Assembly (NCBI GenBank): GCA_001600695.1
Contig: BCKQ01000003.1
Location: 433,423-497,422, forward strand
Direction: 5' to 3'
Length of the DNA: 64,000 nucleotides
DNA from: Ascoidea asiatica JCM 7603
Lineage: Eukaryota; Fungi; Ascomycota
Shown here: positions 1-10,669 of the stretch, in pieces
How the letters are laid out: every line of letters begins with the position of its first letter
Numbering within the stretch: position 1 is the first letter of the stretch
Position numbers and translations under genes: made by a program
The notes under the pieces: model-generated
What the model was told of the DNA's origin: nothing
The model's input: only the letters and a program-made list of their open reading frames with translations
Databases searched by the model: none

Positions 1-2
1 AT

Positions 3-1868
3 CTTTCCTCAAATAAAGATATTTGTTTAAATTTACTAAAACCAATAAAAATGAGTTTTTATAATCAATTACCAACATCTTTTAAACCTTCTCCAACTCC
101 AATAACCTATAGAGATTTAGTTATAATTAAAGTTTGTAAAATGTTAATCAATGAACAAGAAATCTCAAGAAACATTTTAATACCAACTTATATTGAATGG
201 TTATATAATTTAATTCCAATTGCAGAATCTTTAAAAAATATTGAAGATTTTAAAAAAAATAATAAAAATAATAAAAATTCAGAATATGAAGATTCTGTTG
301 TAAGTTCTAATAATAAATCTTCTGTAAATTTAGGAGGTGGTTTATCATATAGTGCTTCAGCTTCAATAACTCAAGTTGTAATAAAATTATCTCAACCAAG
401 ATTTTTAATGGATTCTTCAATGAATCCAGATTTATTAGCATTAATAATTAGATCGATATGTAATTCAATTTGTCGATTTCCAAAACAATCAAAAACTTTA
501 ATATTTGTAATTGTTAAAAACTTTAGAATATATAATAATGTTTATTTACATATAAAAAATACAACTTTAAAGGTAGAGCAATCATCCAAAGATGCAAATT
601 CAATAATAAATTCAGAAAATAATCAAGAGAATCAAAATCAAAATCAAAATCAAAATCAAAATCAAAATCAAAATTCAAATTGTAATGAGACTTGTAAAAA
701 TTGTGATAATGAAAATTATAAAGAAAATGAAAATAGAAAACAGAATACTAATAAGAGTCTTAATATCAATAGTAACAACAATAATAATAATAATAATAAC
801 AAAAACAAAAACAAGAACAAAATTGAAAATGAAAGTGATAACGAAAGTGGATATGAAAATGAAAATGTCATGTCTAATACTAATGAAATTGAGAAAATTA
901 AGAAGAATGAACTAGCGACCATAAATGAAATAGGAAAAGATGATGATGATATTGATTTAGCTTTAAGGCCAACACCTCCAGTTGGAATGTCAGCAAAGGC
1001 TAAAGGAAAATTACCAGCAGATGCTCCTTTATATAGAACTTGGTCAGGTTTAGTAGCTTTAAAAATAATATTAAAATATATTGAATTGATTAAAAAAAAT
1101 GTACCGAATTTTGATAATTATAATTCTATTGAAACTAAAGGTCTTTTAAAAGCAATTGAATCTATACCTGATATTGAAAATAAAATAAATAAAATAGCTA
1201 CAGTAGAATATCTTCCTCAAACAGATTTACCTCAATTAAAATTTCTTTGGTCAAATGTTTCTTTAGGTTGGTATGAAAGTATTCTTTGGGGGCAAATTTA
1301 TAAAATTGATTTTAGTTTATCAAATAAATTGCATTCAAAAAACTTTTCTGATACTATAAGTAATACATTCTCAGGTTTTGGGTTATCTGCTTTCACAGGA
1401 AATAATAAGAATAAAGAGCCTGAAACTAGCAAAAGTGATGAAATACCTAGAAATAAGCCTATTTCTAGAAGAGCTTCTAGTTGGTCATTTGCTGGTTGGA
1501 GTAATAATACTAATAATAATCCAGATCAAGATAATATTGAAATTGCCAAGAAATGTTTAACAAATATCAATATTTATTACGGAACCAAAATTGTTTTATT
1601 CAAAACTAAAAAAAGAGCACCAGATGTACCTTCTCTACTTCAGCCTAGAGGTGCTGTTGATGCTGTTGCTGATACTTTTATCAAAAAATTAGGTGACCTT
1701 AGAATAACGAGAAACAATACTCTTCCAGCGCATAATCCTTCATTGAATGAACCTCCGACAGAACTTTCTCATAGAAATTCGCTTCCAAACATCAATGCAA
1801 GAAACTCTATTCAGTTAAATAGTCAAAGACACAGCTCATTGAATCTTTCTCTAGGTGCAATTCAATAA
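3..1868 (+). CDS. ECM30: Ecm30/HID1-family protein, 3' portion (5' end lies upstream of the window)
   Basis: Frame is open from base 3 (LSSNKDICLNLLKPIKM), so the ATG at 51 is probably internal. The C-terminal motifs FLWSNVSLGWYESILWGQIY and YYGTKIVLF resemble the HID1/Ecm30 C-terminus. Central Asn/Gln low-complexity insert. Confidence 0.75.
   Translation, partial: LSSNKDICLNLLKPIKMSFYNQLPTSFKPSPTPITYRDLVIIKVCKMLINEQEISRNILIPTYIEWLYNLIPIAESLKNIEDFKKNNKNNKNSEYEDSVVSSNNKSSVNLGGGLSYSASASITQVVIKLSQPRFLMDSSMNPDLLALIIRSICNSICRFPKQSKTLIFVIVKNFRIYNNVYLHIKNTTLKVEQSSKDANSIINSENNQENQNQNQNQNQNQNQNSNCNETCKNCDNENYKENENRKQNTNKSLNINSNNNNNNNNNKNKNKNKIENESDNESGYENENVMSNTNEIEKIKKNELATINEIGKDDDDIDLALRPTPPVGMSAKAKGKLPADAPLYRTWSGLVALKIILKYIELIKKNVPNFDNYNSIETKGLLKAIESIPDIENKINKIATVEYLPQTDLPQLKFLWSNVSLGWYESILWGQIYKIDFSLSNKLHSKNFSDTISNTFSGFGLSAFTGNNKNKEPETSKSDEIPRNKPISRRASSWSFAGWSNNTNNNPDQDNIEIAKKCLTNINIYYGTKIVLFKTKKRAPDVPSLLQPRGAVDAVADTFIKKLGDLRITRNNTLPAHNPSLNEPPTELSHRNSLPNINARNSIQLNSQRHSSLNLSLGAIQ
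630..671 (+). repeat. (AATCAA)7 coding microsatellite (NQ repeat)
   Basis: Directly visible hexamer array, in frame. Confidence 0.9.
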
Positions 1869-2242
1869 ATATTATGTTTTAATCTTGACTTATTTTATTT
1901 CTTTTAGATGGTTTCAAAGCGAATGTAAAAAAAAAAAAAAAAAAAAAAACGTAAAATAATAACAATAAAACAATTAAACAATAAAACAATTAAACAATAA
2001 AACAATAAAACAATAATAACAATAATAACAATACTGTAGTAGTTAGCGGTGGTACACCGTCTCTTTTTCTTAGCTTTTTACTCTCTTTTTTACCTAACCA
2101 CATTATTTCTATTCCAAAACGACTATAAAAATTAGTCTCGAATCTCACATTAGTTTCATCTTTTTAAATCAATTTTCGATAATAAAAGGAATATAAATAT
2201 ATAACCAATTTTATAATATAAAGGTGAAAGAAAAGATTTTAG

Positions 2243-4762
2243 ATGAGATCCTTGAAGAGAGGAAGTCCTGATGGTTTCGCGTTTATGGAGACTAGAGAGC
2301 TTCATCATTCAAAAACCAGATATCAGACCCAAAATATTAAAATGATTTCGAATGGCAAATTATTCAAAGCGTCAGCAAAAGAATTAATTAAATTTATTAA
2401 TAATGCTAAAAAAAGAAGGTTGATGATTAATTTGGAGCCTATTGATGAAGATATCTTATTGGAAGATAATTTATGGCAAAATTCAGATGATGAAGAAGAA
2501 ATTTATTTGAGGTTGAAACATATTTTGACTCCAAGAAGAAATCAGAAGGATGTTGTTTATGATCAAAAGAAATTATTTGATTCTTCCAATTATAGGGCAC
2601 ACCAAGAACCAAAAGTTATTCTTTCGAAAAATAAAGTAGTAAAAATTCCAATAAGGCTGAAGCCTAATACATCTTCAACGCCCCTATCCAAACATTCAAA
2701 GTCTGTATCATCATCTAGTAAAAAGCTGAAGATTACCTTATCAACAAAAACGGATAATGGTAATAAAAGTTTGAAACCCATTACAAGCCATGAGAAAGAA
2801 TTAAAAGCAAATGATCATGATGATAAGATTGAAGACTATGAAACAACCAGAAAAAGATTAGAGGCAGTTGAAAAATCAAATATGGAAAGACTGAAAAGAG
2901 CCACCAAAAGAAGAAGGTTGTCATCGAATCCAATTCCACCTGATACTGAAGGGATAATAACCGAACTTCTTGATTCAGAAGCTTCTCCTACTAAACCAAT
3001 ATCATCTACAAGAAAAAAAAAAGAAAAAAAAGTAAAATTATTAGCTAATTCCCAAGTCGATCAAATCATCAAACCAACTATAAGGATGTCAAAGAGAATC
3101 AGTTTATCAAAAAAAAAACATGAAATCAACAAAGCTCCAATTATGACTATCAAAGAACGAGAAACGTTTTTAGAAAATATATATCAGAGAGTTTCTAAGC
3201 TAGTGGAAGAGAATGAAATTTTAGAAGATGCTGAAGCAGAAAAAAAAAGGTTAAGTTTACCAACTGGAGGAGGCAGAATTTATTATGGTAAGCCAATATA
3301 TAGAAAAGATATATTTTATGATTTATTGAATGCTATCTTTTCAAATGATCAAAAGGTTTTTACAAATTATTTTGAACCAGACTCTCCTATTAAATTAACG
3401 TTTTTTGATTTATATACTTTATCTCTTACTAATTGTTCAAAATGTCCTTTATATATTAAAGAAATAATTAAAGAAGATAGAAATATAGGTATGATGTTTG
3501 CAATGATTAATTTATTAGTAAATACAGGACTTTTAACTACAACAATAACTTTCAATCCTAAATCTCAGAATCTAAGAAGATTTTACAGGCCAATTCCTGT
3601 TTTTCAAGCTGGTGAAATTACTGAAAATCAATCAAGATGCTTGTTTGAAACTAAAAGGAATAAGAGTTTTTTGATTACAATATATAAAAAAAATGAACCG
3701 AAAAATTTCAGAGAATATTTTGAAATAGTTAAAAAAAAAGTTAATTCTTTTCCAAATGTGAATCCAATTGCAATGCTTTTTCTTTTCAAAGATCAAAGTG
3801 AAGATTGGATCAAATATTGTTTTTCATCATTGATTCTAAAAGGTTCAAAGGAAGAAACTTTAAAATCCACTTCTACAAAACTTAAAAAAAGATCAAGTTT
3901 ATCGAAATCAACTGACGTTCCCTCGGTAAATTCAAATATTGAAAATGATAAATTTTCGTATAATATTTTAAAAGATTCGATTAATGCTCCATTTAGATCT
4001 ATTTTTTTTGCTAGAGAAAAAACGCCTTCAAGTAGAGCTAAAAGATTTTTATGGATTATGTACTCATTTTTAGAAACTAATTTAACACCAACAGAATTAG
4101 AATCAAATCCTTTCAAAGATAGGGGAAGCATTTCATTTCCAAAATATCGTAATATTGTTAGTGGAAAAGAATATGATATAGATACACCTGAAGAAATTGA
4201 ATTTGGTAATACTAGGCAAAAAGTGAGAGAATCCATACAAAAAGTGAGCGAGCAAGAAGAAAAAATAAGAAACAAGTGTTCATTATATAATATGAAAGAT
4301 CAAAGTACTAAAAATAATACTGAAAAAAATGAAAATGAAAAAAAAAAGTTTCTGAAATCATCTGAAGAATCAAAAGTCAAATCTCTGAGAATTGAATTAG
4401 AAGTGGTTAAACTAAAAGACACAAATTCAATGGATAATAAATCAATGGATAATAAATCTGTGATACTGTTTCATAACGTAAAGCATCCTAATAAACGTAA
4501 GCTAAAAAAGATAAAAAATAAAAAATATAAGTTTGAAGTATCAACTAAATTACCATTAAAACCTAGAATCAACTTGTCGAATAGTCTAGAAAAATTAGAT
4601 TACGTTGGTCCATCTAACCTTAGAGTTGTGGGTTATTATAAAGAGAATAAATTATCTGAAAAATTATGGATGGAAGATAAAGAAAAGGAAATAAGCGTTG
4701 CTTCTAATAAGATTTATAAGCCTTTAAAACTTAAAGTTCCCAAATTGAATAAAAAAACTTAG
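2243..4762 (+). CDS. IES1: INO80 complex subunit Ies1-like protein
   Basis: GKPIYRKDIFYDLLNAIFSNDQKVFTN, LTFFDLY, NLLVNTGLLTTTITF, SRAKRFLWIMYSFLETNLTPTELESNPF and YDIDTPEEIEFG match the Ies1 conserved domain. Long Lys-rich extensions at both ends. Confidence 0.8.
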   Translation: MRSLKRGSPDGFAFMETRELHHSKTRYQTQNIKMISNGKLFKASAKELIKFINNAKKRRLMINLEPIDEDILLEDNLWQNSDDEEEIYLRLKHILTPRRNQKDVVYDQKKLFDSSNYRAHQEPKVILSKNKVVKIPIRLKPNTSSTPLSKHSKSVSSSSKKLKITLSTKTDNGNKSLKPITSHEKELKANDHDDKIEDYETTRKRLEAVEKSNMERLKRATKRRRLSSNPIPPDTEGIITELLDSEASPTKPISSTRKKKEKKVKLLANSQVDQIIKPTIRMSKRISLSKKKHEINKAPIMTIKERETFLENIYQRVSKLVEENEILEDAEAEKKRLSLPTGGGRIYYGKPIYRKDIFYDLLNAIFSNDQKVFTNYFEPDSPIKLTFFDLYTLSLTNCSKCPLYIKEIIKEDRNIGMMFAMINLLVNTGLLTTTITFNPKSQNLRRFYRPIPVFQAGEITENQSRCLFETKRNKSFLITIYKKNEPKNFREYFEIVKKKVNSFPNVNPIAMLFLFKDQSEDWIKYCFSSLILKGSKEETLKSTSTKLKKRSSLSKSTDVPSVNSNIENDKFSYNILKDSINAPFRSIFFAREKTPSSRAKRFLWIMYSFLETNLTPTELESNPFKDRGSISFPKYRNIVSGKEYDIDTPEEIEFGNTRQKVRESIQKVSEQEEKIRNKCSLYNMKDQSTKNNTEKNENEKKKFLKSSEESKVKSLRIELEVVKLKDTNSMDNKSMDNKSVILFHNVKHPNKRKLKKIKNKKYKFEVSTKLPLKPRINLSNSLEKLDYVGPSNLRVVGYYKENKLSEKLWMEDKEKEISVASNKIYKPLKLKVPKLNKKT

Positions 4763-5536
4763 ATACTAGGAATATAATCTGCCATCTGAAATAAAAAGAA
4801 AACTTTTACATATATCATTACTTTCTTTCATCTTCTTTTATTTCTATATTTACTTATATCTCTTAATTTTTTTTTCATTTGTATTTTTCAAAGAGAATTG
4901 TTTTTTTTCAAATTTCGATTTCAATTATTTTGATCCTTAGCATTTTATTATTTTGATCTTGTAACTTTATTCTGGATTTTTTAGCGTCTTATAATTCTCT
5001 CTTATTCTTTTATTTTTTTACTTTTCCTTCTACTTTTCTCTTACAATTCTTTCATAATTTTTTATAATTTTTTGTAAATTTTTGTAAATTTTTGTAATTT
5101 CGAATGTATTTTTAATAAAAATTGAATTTTTCGAAATGAATTTGTTGGAGACCAGTTTTGCGGATGTTCTGTTTCTGTGTTTGAAACGCGTAATTTTTTA
5201 TTTTTTAATTTTTCAGTTGTTTTTAGTGTATTTTTTTTTAGTCTTTTACAATTGATTTGGTTTTGTTTGACTACGATTTTAAAAAAGATTTATTTTTGAA
5301 ATATGATTGATTTAATGAAGTATATGACAAATTTAACAAGATAAAAAGGAATAAATAAGAAAGAAAGATAAAAAGAAAAACCGATATACAGTTTATATAT
5401 ATATATATATATGTACCAAATTAGATATAAAATATAAAAAAATTAGAAGATTAGAATATTGAATTATAAAAACTTTTAGGTTGAGATGAAAAAAAAAAAT
5501 GAAAGAAAATTAAAAAAAAGAAGTAAATGAAATAAA

Positions 5537-7138
5537 TTAATAAGTTGGACCAGCTTTAATAACTTCTGGAGTACATTCATCGGAATAAATTTTGAAATTT
5601 TCATCAAATAATTTAGCTAAAGAAGTTAAATTATTTTTATAAGAAGATTGAGAAGTTGTAAATTTGAAAGGATTTAATAATTCTTTTGGTACTGAAGAAC
5701 AATTTTTTGGAACTTGTAAATTAAAAACAGGAAAGTTTTCAAATTCTTCATTTGCTAAAGAACCATTATGAATTGCATCTAAAATAGCTCTTGTATGTTT
5801 TAAAGGACATCTTTTACCACCTTTTGCAATAGAAGCACCAATCCAACCAGTATTTAATAACCAAGCATTAGTTTTATGTTGAGACATTTTTTCAGATAAC
5901 ATTTTAGCATATTTCATTGGATGTAAAGCTAAAAATGGTTGACCAAAACATGAAGAAAAAGTTGCTTGAGGTTCAGTTACACCTTGTTCAGTACCAGCCA
6001 TTTTTGAAGTATAACCAGAAATAAAATGATACATAACTTGTTCAATTGATAATTTTGAAATTGGAGGTAAACAACCTCTTGCATCACAAGTTAAAAGAAT
6101 TATATTTGAAGGATGTTTATCAGCTAAACATGGGATTTTTGCAGTTGGAATATATTCAATTGGATAAGCACATCTTGTATTTTGAGTTACAGTTATATCA
6201 TCATAATCCACCATTCTATTTAAAGGATTATAAACAACATTTTCTAAAATTGAACCAAATTTAATTGCATTAAAAATTTCAGGTTCTTTTTCATCACTTA
6301 AACCAACACATTTTGCATAACAACCACCTTCAATATTAAAAACACCATTATCAGACCAACAATGTTCATCATCACCAATTAATAATCTATTTGGATCAGC
6401 AGATAAAGTTGTTTTACCAGTACCAGATAAACCAAAAAATAAAGTAACATCATTATTTTGAATACCTTGATTTGCAGAAGAATGTAAAGTTAAAATATTA
6501 TAATTTACTGGCATTAAATAAAACATTACAGTGAAAATTCCCTTTTTCATTTCACCAGCATATTCAGTACCTAAAATTACCATTTCCATTGATTTAAAAT
6601 TAATTTCAACAGAAGTTGAAGAAGTCATACCATCAGTAAAAGAATTTGCAGGAAATTGACCAGCATTATAAATTGTAAAATCAGGTTTAAAATCTTTTAA
6701 TTCATCTTCAGTTGGTTTTATTAACATATTTCTCATAAATAAAGCATGATAAGCTCTTGCACAAATAATTCTAATTTTTAATCTATATTTTGGATCCCAA
6801 CCTGCAAAAGCATCAACAACAAATAATTTTTCTCTTGTTTTTAAATAATCTAAAGATCTTGATTTTGAAATATTCCAAGTTCTTTCACTAACTTTTTTAT
6901 TTACTGGACCCCACCAAATATTTTTATTTGAAGAAATTTCATCAACAATTCTTTTATCTTTTGGAGATCTACCAGTTTTATCACCAGAAAAAGCCATTAA
7001 AGCACCAGTTGAAGAAATACAAGTACCTTTTTCTTTTAAACCATCTTCATATAAAATTGGAATTGGAGAATTATGACGAATTATAGTTTCTTTAGATAAA
7101 CCTAAAGTTTGTTTAAAATTTGATTCAAATGTAGACAT
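5537..7138 (-). CDS. PCK1: Phosphoenolpyruvate carboxykinase (ATP)
   Basis: KTGRSPKDK, YAGEMKKG, P-loop FFGLSGTGKTTLS, LIGDDEHCW and FNIEGGCYAK motifs. Confidence 0.99.
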   Translation of the reverse strand: MSTFESNFKQTLGLSKETIIRHNSPIPILYEDGLKEKGTCISSTGALMAFSGDKTGRSPKDKRIVDEISSNKNIWWGPVNKKVSERTWNISKSRSLDYLKTREKLFVVDAFAGWDPKYRLKIRIICARAYHALFMRNMLIKPTEDELKDFKPDFTIYNAGQFPANSFTDGMTSSTSVEINFKSMEMVILGTEYAGEMKKGIFTVMFYLMPVNYNILTLHSSANQGIQNNDVTLFFGLSGTGKTTLSADPNRLLIGDDEHCWSDNGVFNIEGGCYAKCVGLSDEKEPEIFNAIKFGSILENVVYNPLNRMVDYDDITVTQNTRCAYPIEYIPTAKIPCLADKHPSNIILLTCDARGCLPPISKLSIEQVMYHFISGYTSKMAGTEQGVTEPQATFSSCFGQPFLALHPMKYAKMLSEKMSQHKTNAWLLNTGWIGASIAKGGKRCPLKHTRAILDAIHNGSLANEEFENFPVFNLQVPKNCSSVPKELLNPFKFTTSQSSYKNNLTSLAKLFDENFKIYSDECTPEVIKAGPTY

Positions 7139-7200
7139 TTTTAATTATATAATAATTTTAGTTAATAATGATTAGATAAATAATATAAGTAATTTAGTTA

Positions 7201-7245
7201 TAATATAATATAATATAATATAATATAATATAATATAATATATAA
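7201..7245. repeat. (TAATA)n microsatellite in the PCK1 5' region
   Basis: Visible pentamer array. Confidence 0.85.
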
Positions 7246-7799
7246 TAATAATAATAATAGTATTAGAAGATAATAGAAGAATTAAAATTAAAATTAAAAT
7301 TAAATTTGTAAAATCCGGGGAAAATATAAAGATATTTATATCAAATATTCGTTTATGAATAAAAAAATTTAAAACAAATAAAATAATAAAATTCAATTCT
7401 TTTAATTGAATTAATTGAATTAAAAGATTTAATTGGAAATAAGAAAATTATTTGAAATTTTACTTACAAATCGAGATAAAAAAAAAAAAAAAAAAAAAAA
7501 AAGGTTATAATCTATAAAATTTAGTAGAAAAGAAATAGATTTGATACAAAAAGATAAGAATTCATCGAGAATTTATTGTGGATTACGGTTGAATGTGGCT
7601 GAAAATAATGTTGGAAGATAGAAAAGATCTCGAGAATTCGCTTCTTGGACTGGTCAAGGAAACCATACATACTATTTAGTATGAGCAAAAAAAAGAAGCA
7701 GTCCATGGATTTGAGGGCGAGTTCAGATATAGTCAGAAGTAGAAAAGACTCCCACAAAAGCGCAATAAACGCAGGAAGAAAAGCTGGCACATAGTTAAT

Positions 7800-8480
7800 C
7801 AGGCAGAGTGACACTGAGTCATGCAAGTCATGCATGAGGAAGCTATTTAGTATGAAGGCAGGAAGTGGTCAACAGCCCCGGAAGAGGGTCTTCGATCTCT
7901 CATCGCCCGAAAAGGAACTTTTTGTGGGGAGCGCTGGGCAATGGAAGCAGAAATTACGGGACAGACCTGTCAAAAGAAGGTGCAAAAAGCAACGGGGCCA
8001 GGAAATTGTGGGACCCCTCGATAGGACAACTTCGGAAGAGGAGCAGGAACATCGGGTTCGTCGGGTTCGTCGGGCACAAACATCGCGTTTGAAATTGTTT
8101 GAGATTGTTTGAGATTGGTACTTTGAGCGACGAGTTCCGGTCGCCGCAGTTGCTTCTTCGGTGCTCGAGCAGAAAAAGAGAGTACAGCCTGTATAGAATC
8201 AGGTTTCTTGAACTTCCGAGCATAATGTCTCCTTGGTGGAGAGCCAGCCAATAGGGTGCGAGAATTGTATAACTGAAAGCCGGGACATGAACGCGCTCGA
8301 CGCCCGACCTTGCCACCATGACTCAACCCCATTCCGGGATGATTCAATGTAATCCGGAATGACTCAACCCGTTAAGAAAAGTCCGAGGCCAGTTTTTCCA
8401 ATTTCCGTGAGTCTTTGACAAGGAAAGCTCGTAGCTGCTTACGTAACAGCGGAACCGCTACGAGTTTTTACGAATCTTTG
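7800..8480. promoter_or_regulatory. GC-rich upstream region between divergent PCK1 and MRX11 with Gcn4/AP-1-type sites
   Basis: TGAGTCA at 7815-7821, TGACTCA at 8319-8325 and 8360-8366, near-match TGATTCA at 8340-8346, and many CGG/CCG triplets. Much higher GC than the flanking ORFs. Confidence 0.6.
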
Positions 8481-8987
8481 CCAATTAATCAGTTTACGTG
8501 TCTGTGATATTAAATAATTTGAAAAAAGTATCAGAAGACAATTTTCTCCATCGAATCAATTTCTTGTCACTCCTTTTTAGATAATTGGTATAGACATTAT
8601 TTTCACCCCAAATTTCAAACCCATACAATTGGTTTCAAACTTAGTAGTACCCCAACTATGGACTCCATTTTTTTTTTTTTTTTTTGGTTTGCACCGTCGG
8701 GAAACTTTTTCCGGATGCGGAATAAAACAAAACAAAAAGCGAATTGTGGCTGTGTGTGGCTGTGTGTGGCTAGTTGTTAGTCTTAATAAAATCTTTGTGG
8801 AAAACAGCGCTGGAAACGACGAAAATCTCCAAAATTTCCAAAATTTCGTATTTCTTTCTAATTTTATTTGCTAAAATTCATGTTTGCTCAAATTTCAATC
8901 TTCAATATCTTCAATATCTTTATTATATCTTTATTCATCGTATCTGAACGTTAGAAATCTGAAGTCAAGTGAAACATTTTCAATATC

Positions 8988-9018
<31 letters not shown>

Positions 9019-9172
9019 GATAATAACTACAATTGTAATCAAATGAAAATAATAATAAGAATAGTAACTAGTTTATAATTTACTTTATAAATTAATCAAA
9101 ATCTTCAAAATTTTAATCATTTTACAATATTCATTTCAAATATACTATAATAATAATATATAAATAATAATA

Positions 9173-9871
9173 ATGTTTTTAACAAGGATAAATAAATTTT
9201 CAAAAATTAATTATTTAAATAATAATATTAATAAATTATTAATAAATTCTATTATAAATTCAAGAAAAAGAATAAGAATTAAAAGATCTTTATCATCAAA
9301 TAATTTAAATAATTTAAATATAACAAATATAAAGATAAATAAAATTTCAAATAAATTACCAAAATTTTTAAAAAATTATTATAATTTAAAATTTTTAAAT
9401 ACACCAATATCTTATATTACTTCATTTTTAATATTACATGAATTAACAGCTTTAATACCATTATTTTCAATATGGTATTATTTTATAAATTATGATATTT
9501 TACCAATTGATTTTATTCCAAATCAATTAATTAATCTTCTAGGTAATAATAATAATAACTTTATAAGTAACTTTATAAATATTGATAATTTATATGATTC
9601 ATGTAATAATTTTATAAATTCATTATTAAATTCAAATACATTTAAATATTTAAATATTAATAATAATTTAAATTCAAAAATTTTAATTCAAGGTATTAAT
9701 TCATATGCAATTATTAAATTATTATTACCTTTAAGATGTTATATTTCAATAATCTTAACACCATTTTTTGCAAATTATTTATTAATTCCATTTAATAATT
9801 TATTTAAAAATTCTTTTAAAATTTTATTTAAATTTTTATTTAAAAGAAATCATCAAAAAGTTATTATATAA
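9173..9871 (+). CDS. MRX11: MIOREX component Mrx11-like mitochondrial protein
   Basis: Basic presequence-like N-terminus; TPISYITSFLILHELTALIPLFSIWYYF and SYAIIKLLLPLRCYISIILTPFFA match the Mrx11 family. Confidence 0.8.
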   Translation: MFLTRINKFSKINYLNNNINKLLINSIINSRKRIRIKRSLSSNNLNNLNITNIKINKISNKLPKFLKNYYNLKFLNTPISYITSFLILHELTALIPLFSIWYYFINYDILPIDFIPNQLINLLGNNNNNFISNFINIDNLYDSCNNFINSLLNSNTFKYLNINNNLNSKILIQGINSYAIIKLLLPLRCYISIILTPFFANYLLIPFNNLFKNSFKILFKFLFKRNHQKVII

Positions 9872-10669
9872 AAACATTTATTAATACATGTATGTATATA
9901 TATACGTTTAGATTCCTTCTTTCTTCTCTCTCCTCTTTCTTTTCTCTTTTCTGTCTTTTTATTAGTTCAAGGCGGTGCAGTCCAAATGTGAAACCAAGTG
10001 TGGCGTGTTGATACTACTAGCCACATGCTTTATTGATTACATAATAATCCACCCATTATTACCTAACTGCTCTCGTTAAATTATCATAAATCTATAAATA
10101 AGCCCTTCCCTGAATTTAATTCAATAACTTAAATTTATTTCAATTTATTTCAATTTATTTCAATTTATTTCAATTTAGTTTCAAATAAATTCTCAGTATT
10201 CAGAATTACTAATTGATTTTTAATAATTCAATAATAACATTTATGGGTAAATTTCATTTATTCATTAAAAAACAATTGTAAATCTTATAAATATTACAAA
10301 TTTTATCAATTTTTATCAATTTCTTTATTTCTTTTCAGGGTTTCACTTTTAATTCATTGTTTTTATATTGTATTATATTTTATTATTTTGTATTAATTAA
10401 TTTATTCATATCCTTTTAATTAAAATCATACTTCTTTATCGACTAATAAAGATTATTTAATAATTAAAAATGTTTTTAATTAAAAAAAAAATTATTATAT
10501 AAACTGAGTTAAATCCAGTATTATTTTCTCTTTTTTACAAATTTACTTTTCTTTTAAATTATCTTTATTATTATTATAATAAATTAAATTAAATTAAATT
10601 AAATTACTTTTATTCATTCCTTGAAACCCTTTATTTCTTACTTTAAAAAAACAAATTTAAAAATTTAAA

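Noticed and set aside
7521-8347. Cluster of 75-125-aa ORFs upstream of PCK1 (also 16033-16464 and 32810-33103)
   Set aside because: Expected from stop-codon scarcity in GC islands; several have non-ATG starts, codon usage is unlike host genes and no motifs are recognisable.
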